Source: Dehalococcoidia bacterium (lineage in GTDB: Bacteria > Chloroflexota > Dehalococcoidia > Bin125). From it: 64,000 nt of DNA. Below the pieces are notes generated by a model. That model was not told the origin of the DNA. It did not search any database and was given only the letters and a program-made list of their open reading frames with translations. Below are positions 15,865-24,912 of the stretch, piece after piece. The stretch spans positions 2,784,001 to 2,848,000 of the forward strand of contig OY820591.1 in NCBI GenBank assembly GCA_963555985.3, in the 5' to 3' direction. A program made the translations under genes and the position numbers. Positions within the stretch are counted from its first letter, which is position 1; every line of letters begins with the position of its first letter.

Positions 15865-18708
15865 TCAGTCCCCGGCCGGAGCAGGCGCTCCGCCTTCGAG
15901 CTCGGTAAGTTCGGGCTCCAGCGGACGGGGACGGCCTCCGGGCAGGTGCAGCATCCGTCTGACCAGGCGTCCCCGGAGAGTGCGCCAGGTCTGGGCGACG
16001 GCGGCGCTGTCCTCGTCGCTCAATTGCTTGCGTCCGAAGCGGACAGCGGCGTAGGACTGGGCCACGCTTTGGGCTTGAGCTTCCGAACCGAGCGTCTCAT
16101 CAATGCGAGCGGCGTGTTCGTGTGCGGTGGTCGAATCGACGGCGGGGATGCCCGACCAGCGTGCGAGACGGGCAGTGGCGACCCAGGCTCGCTCGGCGGG
16201 GCCGAGTCCGCGCAGGGAAATCCGCCAGACGATGGCGAAGACGACGATCATGCCGGCGAGGATCGCTGCTCCGATCGTCGGGCCCAGCCAGTACCACTTG
16301 CTCGGGGGGGGTTCGAGCAGCGCGCCTTCGCCCGGGAGCACGCCTTGGGCGAGGTACTGGAGGATGTCTTCAAGCACGACGTCCTGCATCACATCGCCGC
16401 CGAAGCCGGGGCGCAGATCGAGCCGCGGGGTGGTGAGCCGCTGGGTGGCGATCCGGCGTCCGCCCACGCCGCCGCCCGCGATCGAGGCGAGCGTCTCGTC
16501 GACCGAGGAGCCGGGCGTCGGGTCGAAATCGACCCAGCCGTAGTCGGGGAAGTAGACCTCGACCCAGGTGTAGGCGTCGTGTCCGCGCACGATGTAGTTC
16601 TCGGTGCGTTCGTCGAAGTTGTTGGAACTGAGCACGAATCCGGTCGCGATCCGCGCAGGTACGCCGGCCACGCGCAGCAGGATCGCCATCGCGCTGGCGT
16701 GGTAGTCGTAGTAGCCGCCAATCGGGCGTCCGTCCTCCATGTTCTCGAACAGGAACCAGAGCACCGCATCGGCGTCGGCGGGGGGCAGCTCAATATCGGT
16801 CGTGAGCGGGTAGAGCGGAATCGCGTTGCCGTCGTCGTCGCGGATGATCTGGCCGCGCTCATCGAGCGCCGGCGCGGAGCGCAGGTAGTTCTCAATCGCG
16901 GTGGCGATCGCGTAGGCGTTGTAGCCGCGATCGGGGCGATCGATGTCACGGGGCAGCCCGAAGCGCGCCGCAATCGTGTCGAGCAGGCGGCGGAGCTGCA
17001 CCTGCTCCTCTTCGGAGAACTCGGGCAGTTGCAGGAAGGTCTCGCGGACCCAGAGCGGGTAATCGTAGCCGGCTTCGGACAATGCGAGTTCGTTCGCGCC
17101 GGAGACGGTTCCCGTGATCTGGTAGGTGAAGCCCGCGCGCACGCGCTTCTGGGTGGGGCGCAGAGCGAGGATGTCGGCCTCTTCCGGCTCGGAGCGCAGG
17201 ATCACGCCGGTGGGCGTGCCGTCGCTCTCATCGGTGACGACATCCACGAGGTAGTACTGGGGCGGCACGTAGGAGGCGACTTCGGTCGCCGAGGGCGGCT
17301 CGGTTTCGTCATCAACCTGTTCCAGGCGCTCGACGATCGCGGTGACGGCGGGTTCGAGATCGGTGCCGCTGAAGCGTTCGGCGTCGGCGAAATCGACCGT
17401 GAATTCGGCGGGGGCGAGTGAATCGACGCGGGTGGCCTTATTCGCGATCACGGGCACGCCGAAGGAGAAGAGCACGCTCGGGCTGCGCTCGACCGAGATC
17501 TGAGCCGCGACCGGGCGGCGCTCAAGGTACTGGGTAATCACGACACCGCCGCCGGTGGAGCCTTCGTCTTCCGCCGCTTCACCGCTGATCGGTTCCAACT
17601 CGTCCACGGTGCGCGACGAACTCGGACTCTGCGTCCAGCCGCGACCGGTGTAGTTGTCGTAGGACGCTCCGCGCAGCAGACCGGGCTCGGTCGCGGCGGC
17701 TCGCATGATGATCGCGTCGCCCGGATCAACATCGCCCTGCAAGACCATGAAGTCGTCGAAGGAGTGGACGGGCGCGCCGCGATGGGAGTCGATCCCGCTG
17801 AAGACGCGGCGGAAGTCGTCGCTGAGGCCCTCGAAGGGATTGGCGATCGCCTGCCAGGCGTCTTCGAGCGCTTGGGATTCGTCGGGGCGGGGGAGTGCGC
17901 GGGAGAGCGTGAGCAGCAGGATGATCGCGATCATCGTCGCGCCGAGGAAGGAGAGCGAGATCCAGTCGGGGTAGGCGGCTCCCGCCGATCGCCAGCGGTC
18001 GAAGCGGCGGAGCAGGCTGGAGCGCATCAGCAGCAGCATCGAGCCGGTGAGGAAGAATCCGTAGGAGAGGTTCCACTGGCGGTCGGAGAGGTAGGAGACG
18101 TTCACGGCGAGCAGCGCGCCCAGCATGATGATCGCGATCCAGGCGTTGCGCCAGCGTGCGACGGCATATGCGCCCAGGAACGCAGCGAGGTAGATGAAGA
18201 CATCGGTGAAAAAGACAAAGGGCAGATTGTCAGTGGTCAGACCGGCGCTGAAGGCTTGCCGGAACCAGTCTTCGAAGCGGTAGCCGAAGTCGGTGAAGCG
18301 ATCCCAGAAGATCGGCTGTCCGCCCAGACTTTCGAGCTGCACCATCTGAGCCATGATCAGGACGCCGCCGAGCACGAGGCCAAGCAAGATGCCCAGCGGC
18401 CAGCGCAAGCGGCGAATCGCGCCGAAGATCATAGCCAGGATCACGCCGATCGTGGCTGTGATGCGCAGATCGGGCATCTCCGCGACCCAACCGGCGATGT
18501 AGATGCTGTTCGCCGTACTGAGCGCGACCAGCAGGAGGATGCCAAAGGTGATCGTGGTTTCCAGCCCGCGCTGGAACCACGAGCGCGGGCGCAGCTGTCC
18601 GGAGATGACGACGGTCTCGCCACTCTGGCGGCGAGCGAAGAATCTCCGCTCCGCTTCGGCGACGTTGGTACCCGCGCCCGGGTCCGGAGCGGACGACTGG
18701 GCGCTCAC
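15865..18708 (-). CDS. Membrane transglutaminase-like (TgpA/DUF3488-DUF4129 type) protein, catalytic Cys/His apparently replaced
   Basis: Multi-TM N-terminus, YDNYTGRGW, GYYDYHASAMAILLRVAGVPARIATGF, DAYTWVEVYFPDYGWVDFDPTP. Confidence 0.88.
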   Translation of the reverse strand: MSAQSSAPDPGAGTNVAEAERRFFARRQSGETVVISGQLRPRSWFQRGLETTITFGILLLVALSTANSIYIAGWVAEMPDLRITATIGVILAMIFGAIRRLRWPLGILLGLVLGGVLIMAQMVQLESLGGQPIFWDRFTDFGYRFEDWFRQAFSAGLTTDNLPFVFFTDVFIYLAAFLGAYAVARWRNAWIAIIMLGALLAVNVSYLSDRQWNLSYGFFLTGSMLLLMRSSLLRRFDRWRSAGAAYPDWISLSFLGATMIAIILLLTLSRALPRPDESQALEDAWQAIANPFEGLSDDFRRVFSGIDSHRGAPVHSFDDFMVLQGDVDPGDAIIMRAAATEPGLLRGASYDNYTGRGWTQSPSSSRTVDELEPISGEAAEDEGSTGGGVVITQYLERRPVAAQISVERSPSVLFSFGVPVIANKATRVDSLAPAEFTVDFADAERFSGTDLEPAVTAIVERLEQVDDETEPPSATEVASYVPPQYYLVDVVTDESDGTPTGVILRSEPEEADILALRPTQKRVRAGFTYQITGTVSGANELALSEAGYDYPLWVRETFLQLPEFSEEEQVQLRRLLDTIAARFGLPRDIDRPDRGYNAYAIATAIENYLRSAPALDERGQIIRDDDGNAIPLYPLTTDIELPPADADAVLWFLFENMEDGRPIGGYYDYHASAMAILLRVAGVPARIATGFVLSSNNFDERTENYIVRGHDAYTWVEVYFPDYGWVDFDPTPGSSVDETLASIAGGGVGGRRIATQRLTTPRLDLRPGFGGDVMQDVVLEDILQYLAQGVLPGEGALLEPPPSKWYWLGPTIGAAILAGMIVVFAIVWRISLRGLGPAERAWVATARLARWSGIPAVDSTTAHEHAARIDETLGSEAQAQSVAQSYAAVRFGRKQLSDEDSAAVAQTWRTLRGRLVRRMLHLPGGRPRPLEPELTELEGGAPAPAGD

Positions 18709-20144
18709 TGTTCCGTCTCCTCAGCGCCGCCCGTGGGCATGACCACTTCTGCTGGACGCCCCCAATCCTCGATCGGAATCTCCGCTGCCTCCTCCATTGC
18801 CGAGAGTCCGCCAAGGTCGACGGCGGCAGCGCCATTTGCGCCGTTGGCGAGCGGCTGTTCGGCGGCGGCCGGCACGCTTGGTCCCGGGACCTGTCCCACC
18901 ATTACGGCGGGGAGGTAGTCGTCCTTGCGGATCAGATTGACTTGTACGCCCAGGGCGCGCAGTTCGGCGGCGGTGGCGGGCGCGCCGCCGCGCCCGCCCC
19001 AAGATTCGAGATCGAGGAGTGCGACGGCGGCTTTGACGCCGCGATGGGTGAGCGTCTGGACGGCTCCCTGCCAGCGTGGATCGGTGGAGCCGGTGACGAC
19101 GATCACGGTGGTGTGGCGTCCCCAGCGCCGCGACTGTTGATAGAGCAAGCTGGCGACGGGGACGGTGCCGTTGGACTGGGCGACGGCCAGCGCCTCGAGC
19201 ATCCGCCCGAAGTGCTGCGTACCGCGATCGGGCTCGATTACATCGAGGCGCTCGCCCATCATCATCAGCCCGACCGAGCGGTTCTGGTTGATGAAGAGTC
19301 GCAGCACGGAGGCGGCGATCGTGACGGCGGTTTCGACGGAGGCGTCGTCGCCGCGACCGGCGTGCTCCTGGGCGGCGAGATCGAGCACGACCCAAAGGTG
19401 GGAGGCGGGGTCCAGCTCGAAGGTCTTCACCTTGAGCGATCCAGTGCGGAGGCTGCTTTTCCAGTGGATGCGATTGACGGAGTCGCCTGGCTCGTACTCG
19501 CGGATGCCGCTCGCGTTGGGGGTGACGTAGTGGGTGCGGCGGCGGAAGCGTCCCTCGCCCGGGAGATTGGCCGGGGGAGCGGAGTAGCGGGGCAGTTCGA
19601 GCGCGCGGGGATAGACCACCAGTCCGCGCCGATGTCCGAAGCGGAGCTCGCGGCGGAAGAGATCGAAGGGATCGGAGCTATGCACCGAGATCGGGCCGAG
19701 TTGATAGAGGCCGCGGCGGTGGCAGGTGGTCTGGACGCGCCAGGAGCGTTTGCCGGTGCGTCCGAGGGAGGTGACGAATTGGGCGGTGTGGCCGGGCAGA
19801 TTGCTGGCTTCTTCGACTTCGAGCCAGAGTTTGGGCAGGCGGCTGTCGTTGATCACCTCGAAGCGCTCGATGATGTCTTCGCCGGCCTGTACGCGGTCGC
19901 GGCTGCGCGACATGCGCACGCGCAGGCCGTAGCCGGCGGACCAAGTCCAGGCGGCGGCGAGGAAGAGACCGAAGAGCAGGGTGTAGCCGAGCCGCTGGGG
20001 GAGCCAGTAGTTGGAGGCGAAGCCGACGGCGAAGGCGACGATCGTGAGCACGATCACGATGCTGAGTGATCGGCGGCTGCCGAAGCTCGCGCGCCAAGCC
20101 CGCCGCAGTGGTCGGAGCAGAGGGCTGAGCAATGCGGCGCGCAC
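18705..20144 (-). CDS. DUF58 domain protein with N-terminal TM segments
   Basis: RRGLYQLGP, DPFDLF, IREYEPGDSVNRIHWKSS. Confidence 0.9.
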   Translation of the reverse strand: MRAALLSPLLRPLRRAWRASFGSRRSLSIVIVLTIVAFAVGFASNYWLPQRLGYTLLFGLFLAAAWTWSAGYGLRVRMSRSRDRVQAGEDIIERFEVINDSRLPKLWLEVEEASNLPGHTAQFVTSLGRTGKRSWRVQTTCHRRGLYQLGPISVHSSDPFDLFRRELRFGHRRGLVVYPRALELPRYSAPPANLPGEGRFRRRTHYVTPNASGIREYEPGDSVNRIHWKSSLRTGSLKVKTFELDPASHLWVVLDLAAQEHAGRGDDASVETAVTIAASVLRLFINQNRSVGLMMMGERLDVIEPDRGTQHFGRMLEALAVAQSNGTVPVASLLYQQSRRWGRHTTVIVVTGSTDPRWQGAVQTLTHRGVKAAVALLDLESWGGRGGAPATAAELRALGVQVNLIRKDDYLPAVMVGQVPGPSVPAAAEQPLANGANGAAAVDLGGLSAMEEAAEIPIEDWGRPAEVVMPTGGAEETEQ

Positions 20145-20178
20145 AGCTCATGCCTTTCGTTTGCGACAGCGCGCGCGA

Positions 20179-21135
20179 TTAAGAGGCGGCGGCCGCACGT
20201 GCGCCCGGGACGGCGACGCGATCGAGCACATCGTCGATCACGGTGCGTGCGTCCTGATTGCGCACCTGTGCAGAGGGGCTGAGGATGATCCGGTGTCCCA
20301 GCGCGGGATGCGCGAGCGCTTTGATGTCGTCGGGGATCACGTAGTCGCGCCCGGCCAGCAGCGCGCTCGCCTGTGCGCAGCGGAAGAGGGCGAGCGATCC
20401 GCGCGGGGAGGCGCCCAGGTAGACCGCTTCGTGAGAGCGGGTCGCGGCGACGAGTTGGACGGCGTACTGCTTCAGTTGGGGGTCAACCCAGATGTCACGG
20501 GCGACCTGGTGGATTTCGCGTACCTCTTCGGGCGAAGTGACGGACTGGAGCTGTTCGATCGGGTGGCGCTTCTGCTGGCCTTCGAGCACAGCGACTTCAT
20601 CGTTGGCGTCGGGGTAGCCGAGGTGGATGCGGAGGAGGAAGCGGTCGAGCTGGGCTTCGGGCAAGGGGAAGGTGCCCTCGTATTCGACCGGATTCTGGGT
20701 GGCCATGACCATGAACGGCGGAGGCAAGGGGCGAGTGACGCCGTCCGCCGTGACCTGGCGCTCCTCCATCGCTTCAAGCAGGGCGGATTGAGTCTTGGGC
20801 GTAGCGCGGTTGATCTCGTCGGCGAGCACGATCTGGGAGTAGACCGGGCCCTGCCGCCACTCGAAGTCCTGGGTCTTCTGGTTGTAGACGGAGACGCCGG
20901 TGACATCGGAGGGGAGCAGGTCGGGGGTGAACTGGATGCGGTTGAAGGTGCAGCCAGTGGAGACGGCAAGGGCTCGGGCGAGCATGGTCTTGCCGGTACC
21001 GGGCACGTCTTCGATCAGCAGATGGCCGTCGGCGACGAGCGCGAGCACGGCCTGCCGGACTTCGGCGGTCTTGCCCAGGATCACCTGCTCGACATTGGCG
21101 ACTACACCCATGAGAGTTTTGCGCGGATCGTCCAC
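20179..21135 (-). CDS. moxR: MoxR family AAA+ ATPase (second copy)
   Basis: [40 protein letters not shown]. Confidence 0.95.
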   Translation of the reverse strand: MDDPRKTLMGVVANVEQVILGKTAEVRQAVLALVADGHLLIEDVPGTGKTMLARALAVSTGCTFNRIQFTPDLLPSDVTGVSVYNQKTQDFEWRQGPVYSQIVLADEINRATPKTQSALLEAMEERQVTADGVTRPLPPPFMVMATQNPVEYEGTFPLPEAQLDRFLLRIHLGYPDANDEVAVLEGQQKRHPIEQLQSVTSPEEVREIHQVARDIWVDPQLKQYAVQLVAATRSHEAVYLGASPRGSLALFRCAQASALLAGRDYVIPDDIKALAHPALGHRIILSPSAQVRNQDARTVIDDVLDRVAVPGARAAAAS

Positions 21136-21240
21136 CGGTTCTGCCTCCCTGCAATGCCGCGACCATCGTCGGCAACGTTCAGGGCAAGCCTATCCGATCT
21201 ATCAGCCCACTCCAGTCCTGCGGCTCGATCTTGCCCCTTG

Positions 21241-21336
21241 TGCCCGCGAAAGTGTGAATCCAGACGCTGCTTGATACGCCGCATAGATTCCCGCCTGCGC
21301 GGGAATGACGGAACATGGGATTTGTGCGACAGCCCC
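21241..21336 (-). repeat. REP doublet with one degenerate arm
   Basis: gattcccgcctgcgcgggaatgac (21286-21309) and spacer gatacgccgcat shared with 15606-15678. Confidence 0.8.
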
Positions 21337-21376
21337 TGCTAGACAGGGTGGGAATGATGGGGCGATAGTGAGGGTG

Positions 21377-22564
21377 ATGAGGTTCGAGCGGCCGGGAGTC
21401 AGGGTAGGTGCGGCGCGAGGCGTGCGGCAGCGGCCGTGGAGCCGTCGGGCGGTGCTGCGCGCGATGATTGCGGGCGGCTGCGGGGCATTGCTGGCGGCCT
21501 GCGGGGGCGACGAGCTCGATCCGTTTGCGGTGAGCCGCGACTCCGAACAGCGCCAGACGGTTCCCCCGCCGGCCGCCGCTGCCCCGGATAGCGAGAGCGA
21601 GCCGGAGGTGGCAGCGCAAGCGGCAGGACAAGCGCAAGTCGATCAGCAAACGCAACGCCAGACCGAGGCGGAACAGGCACAGGCCAGCGCCGAACAGACG
21701 CCGTTGCCGGAACCGCTGGTTTACATCGTGCCCTCGCCCGCGCAGCAAGGTCATGCAGTGATGATCCTGATTCATGCGCCAGGAGCAGCGGGCGCCGCAG
21801 TCGCCTGGGCGAACGAGACGCACACGCTGATCCAGGAGGAAGACCGGTTCATGGGCTTCTTCGGGATCGATGCGAACGCGCCGCCGGGCCCGCAGGCGTT
21901 GGGCGTTGCGGTCTGGGGTCCGAACGACCAACAACTGCTCTGGCAGGAGACATTGATCGAGGTTGAGGCGGTCGAATGGACGACGGACGATATTCAGATC
22001 GACGGGGCCAACGCGGCGCTGCTCGATCCGGCGGTGCGGGCTGCCGATGATGCGGCACGCCTGCCCTATCAAACGGAACTGACTCCGCAGCGACACTGGT
22101 TGGGCGTATTCGATCCGCCCTCGGAAGCGGCGATCACGGCGCTCTACGGGGAACAGCGCTCCTTCAATGGCGGGCCGATCAGCGAGTATCACACCGGGAT
22201 CGATTTCGGCGGCGAATCGGGCACGCCGATCGCGGCGGCGAACAGCGGCGTGGTGAGTTGGGCGGGGCGCACGGAGCGGCGGGGGAACGGGCTGATCATC
22301 GACCACGGCGCGGGGGTCTTCAGCGGCTATTACCACCTCTCGGAGGTGTTGCAGACGGCGGGGAATGTGGTGGAACAGGGCGCATTGATCGCGCGGATGG
22401 GGGCGACCGGTCTGGCGACCGGGCCGCATTTGCACTGGGAAGTGGTGGTGCGGGGGGTGACGGTGAATCCGTTGCCGTGGCTGCGGATTCTGGAGTATCC
22501 GGATCCGCATCAGGAGTTGAATCCGGCGAATGCGATTGCGGCGACCAACCTGGCTGCGGGGTAG
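21377..22564 (+). CDS. M23 family metallopeptidase, predicted Tat-type lipoprotein
   Basis: SRRAVL + LLAAC lipobox; HTGIDF, YYHL, TGPHLHWEV; start uncertain. Confidence 0.9.
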   Translation: MRFERPGVRVGAARGVRQRPWSRRAVLRAMIAGGCGALLAACGGDELDPFAVSRDSEQRQTVPPPAAAAPDSESEPEVAAQAAGQAQVDQQTQRQTEAEQAQASAEQTPLPEPLVYIVPSPAQQGHAVMILIHAPGAAGAAVAWANETHTLIQEEDRFMGFFGIDANAPPGPQALGVAVWGPNDQQLLWQETLIEVEAVEWTTDDIQIDGANAALLDPAVRAADDAARLPYQTELTPQRHWLGVFDPPSEAAITALYGEQRSFNGGPISEYHTGIDFGGESGTPIAAANSGVVSWAGRTERRGNGLIIDHGAGVFSGYYHLSEVLQTAGNVVEQGALIARMGATGLATGPHLHWEVVVRGVTVNPLPWLRILEYPDPHQELNPANAIAATNLAAG

Positions 22565-22796
22565 GGTGCGTCCAGGTGGGCGAGATTTTGGGTGTGGACA
22601 GCGAATTTGCAGTCGTGGGCGGGGAATTGGGCGGGAGGTAGTCCGGAAAAGTCCAGATTTGTCCAGATCCATCCGGATTTTTGGATGCTGAGAGCGGAGA
22701 TTGGGATATTGATCCAGGTTTGTCCAGGGGTGTCCAGGTGGGTTGCGGCGGTCATGGCGGGTTCCGTTGGTTGCGGCGGGTCGTCCGGCATGGGCA

Positions 22797-22817
22797 ATGG
22801 TATATGAACGGAAGTTC
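22797..22817 (-). promoter_or_regulatory. Perfect LexA-type box GAAC-N4-GTTC (22806-22817) just upstream of -10 TACCAT
   Basis: Plus strand gaacggaagttc; minus strand gaacttccgttc-ata-taccat. Confidence 0.6.
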
Positions 22818-22890
22818 TTTGGTTGGAGGCGGGTGTTGCGGGGGTTACGGTCGGGGGAGGGGGAGTTGGATGGGCTTGGGTGCAGGACTC

Positions 22891-22990
22891 GGCGAGATAC
22901 CCGCGGCGAGCGCGGGTATGACGGAGTTCTTTGGGGAGTGGGGCAGCTGGCGGATCCCCTCTGTCGCTGCGCGACGTCTCCCTTTAGCGG
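22891..22990. repeat. REP (GAGATACCCGCG...GGTATGAC) plus double-hairpin family copy
   Basis: ggcgagatacccgcggcgagcgcgggtatgac; cccctctgtcgctgcgcgacgtctcccc. Confidence 0.8.
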
Positions 22991-23799
22991 AGGGCGGCGG
23001 CGGCTTCGGCGACTAGGGCGATGGCGACCATGCTGGCGGTTTCGGCTCTGAGGGGGCGGTCTCCGAGGGTGACCGGGATCCAGTTGTGGGCTCGGGCCAG
23101 AGCGGCTTCGGGGAGGCTGAAGCCGCCTTCGGGGCCGACCAGGAGATGAACGTGTTCGGGGAGTTGGGATTGTTCGCTGAGGATGGGGGCGATGCGCTGG
23201 CTGCGCTCGAGGGCCGAGGCGAGCAGGCGGAGCGTGCCCGGTTCCGGGGGGGCGGCGATGATCTCTTCGAGCTCGACCGGTGGGCTGATCTCGGGGCGGT
23301 GCTCGCGGCGGCATTGTTCGGCGGCTTCGGTGGCCAGGCGACGCCAGCGAGCCAGGCGTTGTCCGCCTTCGCCGCGCGTCAGCGACCGCTCCGACCAGAC
23401 GGGGCGGATCGCGACCACGCCAAGCTCAGTCGCTTTCTCGACCATGAAGTCGTAGCGCTGGGGTCGGATTAGGGAGGCGCTGATCGTGATTTGCGGTCTG
23501 CGGGAGGGGAGCAGTTCGCGCCGACTTGTGATCAGTGTGGTGACGGTCTCTTGCGAGACCCAATCGACGCGCACCTGGTAGAGCATTCCGCTGGGCGGGT
23601 GGACAATTTCGAGCGGATCGTCGCGGCGGACGCGCATCACGCGGATGAGGCGCCGCGCCTTGGGGCCGCGGATGTGAATGGCGGGAGCGTCGAGCGCGTC
23701 GGGGTCGTCGATGAAGTAGCGGGGGAGCAGGCCCAAGCGCCCCTCGTTCTGAAGCGGGTCGCGCTCGGCGGGCGGGTTGGTTTCGACGCTGGTCGTCAT
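22984..23799 (-). CDS. rsmE: 16S rRNA m3U1498 methyltransferase RsmE
   Basis: VEKATELGV, EAAEQC, VGPEGGFS, LGDRPLRAETA. Confidence 0.93.
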   Translation of the reverse strand: MTTSVETNPPAERDPLQNEGRLGLLPRYFIDDPDALDAPAIHIRGPKARRLIRVMRVRRDDPLEIVHPPSGMLYQVRVDWVSQETVTTLITSRRELLPSRRPQITISASLIRPQRYDFMVEKATELGVVAIRPVWSERSLTRGEGGQRLARWRRLATEAAEQCRREHRPEISPPVELEEIIAAPPEPGTLRLLASALERSQRIAPILSEQSQLPEHVHLLVGPEGGFSLPEAALARAHNWIPVTLGDRPLRAETASMVAIALVAEAAAALR

Positions 23800-23903
23800 G
23801 TCCTCAGCTTAGCAACGACTCGATAGGTCTAGACTCCGCGCAGGCTCGAATACGCAGCGATCGTCAGCGATGCCGGAGCCGCAGCAGCGCAAAGGAACGA
23901 ATC

Positions 23904-24683
23904 ATGGAGCTGGGACTGAGCGGGAAAGTCGCGATTGTCACGGGCGGCTCGGAAGGGATCGGGCGGGCGACAGCGGTGTTGTTCGCTCAAGAGGGCGCGC
24001 AAGTCGCCATCGGCGCGCGGCGGCAGGGTCCGCTGGATGAGGCGGCGGCCGAGATTCGGGCTGCGGGCGGGGATCCGCTCGTGGTCTCGATGGATGTGAC
24101 CAGCGATGCGGATTGTCAGCGTCTGGTGGACGAGGCGATTGCGCGCTTCGGCGGGGTGGACATTTTGATCAACAACGCCGGCCAGTCGTCGTCGGGGATG
24201 ATCGAGTCGCACGATATCGAGACCTGGGCGGTGGATCTGGATCTGAAGCTGTACGGGGCGATTCGGCTGGCGAAGCTGTGCGCGCCGTCAATGCGTGAAC
24301 GGGGCGGTGGTCGGATCGTGAACCTGCTCAACATCGGTTGCAAGACGCCCGGGGCGGGTTCGATGCCGACGGCGGCGAGCCGGGCGGCGGGTTTGGCGAT
24401 GACGAAGGCGTTGAGCAAGGAGGTGGCTGCGGACCAGATTTTGGTCAACGCGGCCTGCATCGGCTCGGTCGATTCGGCGCAGTGGCACGGGTTTCATCAG
24501 GCGCAGATGCCGGACGCGACGTATGAGGAGTTTTTGGAGAGCGTGGGTCAGCGGATTCCGGTGAAGCGGATTGGCACGTCGGAGGAGGCGGCGAACATGA
24601 TCGTATTCCTGGCTTCGGGGGCGGCGAGTTTTATTTCGGGTTGCGCGATCAATATCGACGGGGGCGCTTCTCCGGCTTGGTAG
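23904..24683 (+). CDS. SDR family oxidoreductase (atypical, lacks YxxxK)
   Basis: TGGSEGIG, DILINNAG, INIDGG. Confidence 0.92.
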   Translation: MELGLSGKVAIVTGGSEGIGRATAVLFAQEGAQVAIGARRQGPLDEAAAEIRAAGGDPLVVSMDVTSDADCQRLVDEAIARFGGVDILINNAGQSSSGMIESHDIETWAVDLDLKLYGAIRLAKLCAPSMRERGGGRIVNLLNIGCKTPGAGSMPTAASRAAGLAMTKALSKEVAADQILVNAACIGSVDSAQWHGFHQAQMPDATYEEFLESVGQRIPVKRIGTSEEAANMIVFLASGAASFISGCAINIDGGASPAW

Positions 24684-24716
24684 GGGGATTGGCGTCAGAC
24701 GGCACTCACAATTCCG

Positions 24717-24910
24717 CTATTGCCACGCTCCGCCGCGGCAATCTCGTCGTGTGAGTGACGACGGTGCAGATCGCGGCGAGATACCCGCGGCGGAGCGCGG
24801 GTATGACGGTGTTGCAAGCGCGGGTGTGACGGTGTTGCAGGCGCGGGTGTGACGGTGTTGCAGGCGCAGGTGTGGCGGTGTTTGCGGGCGCGGGTTGTCG
24901 GTGTTTTGGA
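24717..24910. repeat. REP doublet followed by ~5 copies of a 23-bp tandem unit derived from the REP foot
   Basis: gcgcgggtRtgacggtgttgcaR units start at 24795, 24818, 24841, then degenerate units at 24864 and 24888. Confidence 0.9.
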
Positions 24911-24912
24911 CG

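Noticed and set aside
23904-24683. SDR lacking catalytic YxxxK as a novelty
   Set aside because: Atypical SDR subgroups with this substitution are already known
24795-24910. Possible CRISPR array
   Set aside because: Units are head-to-tail with no unique spacers, derive from the REP end, and no cas genes are present
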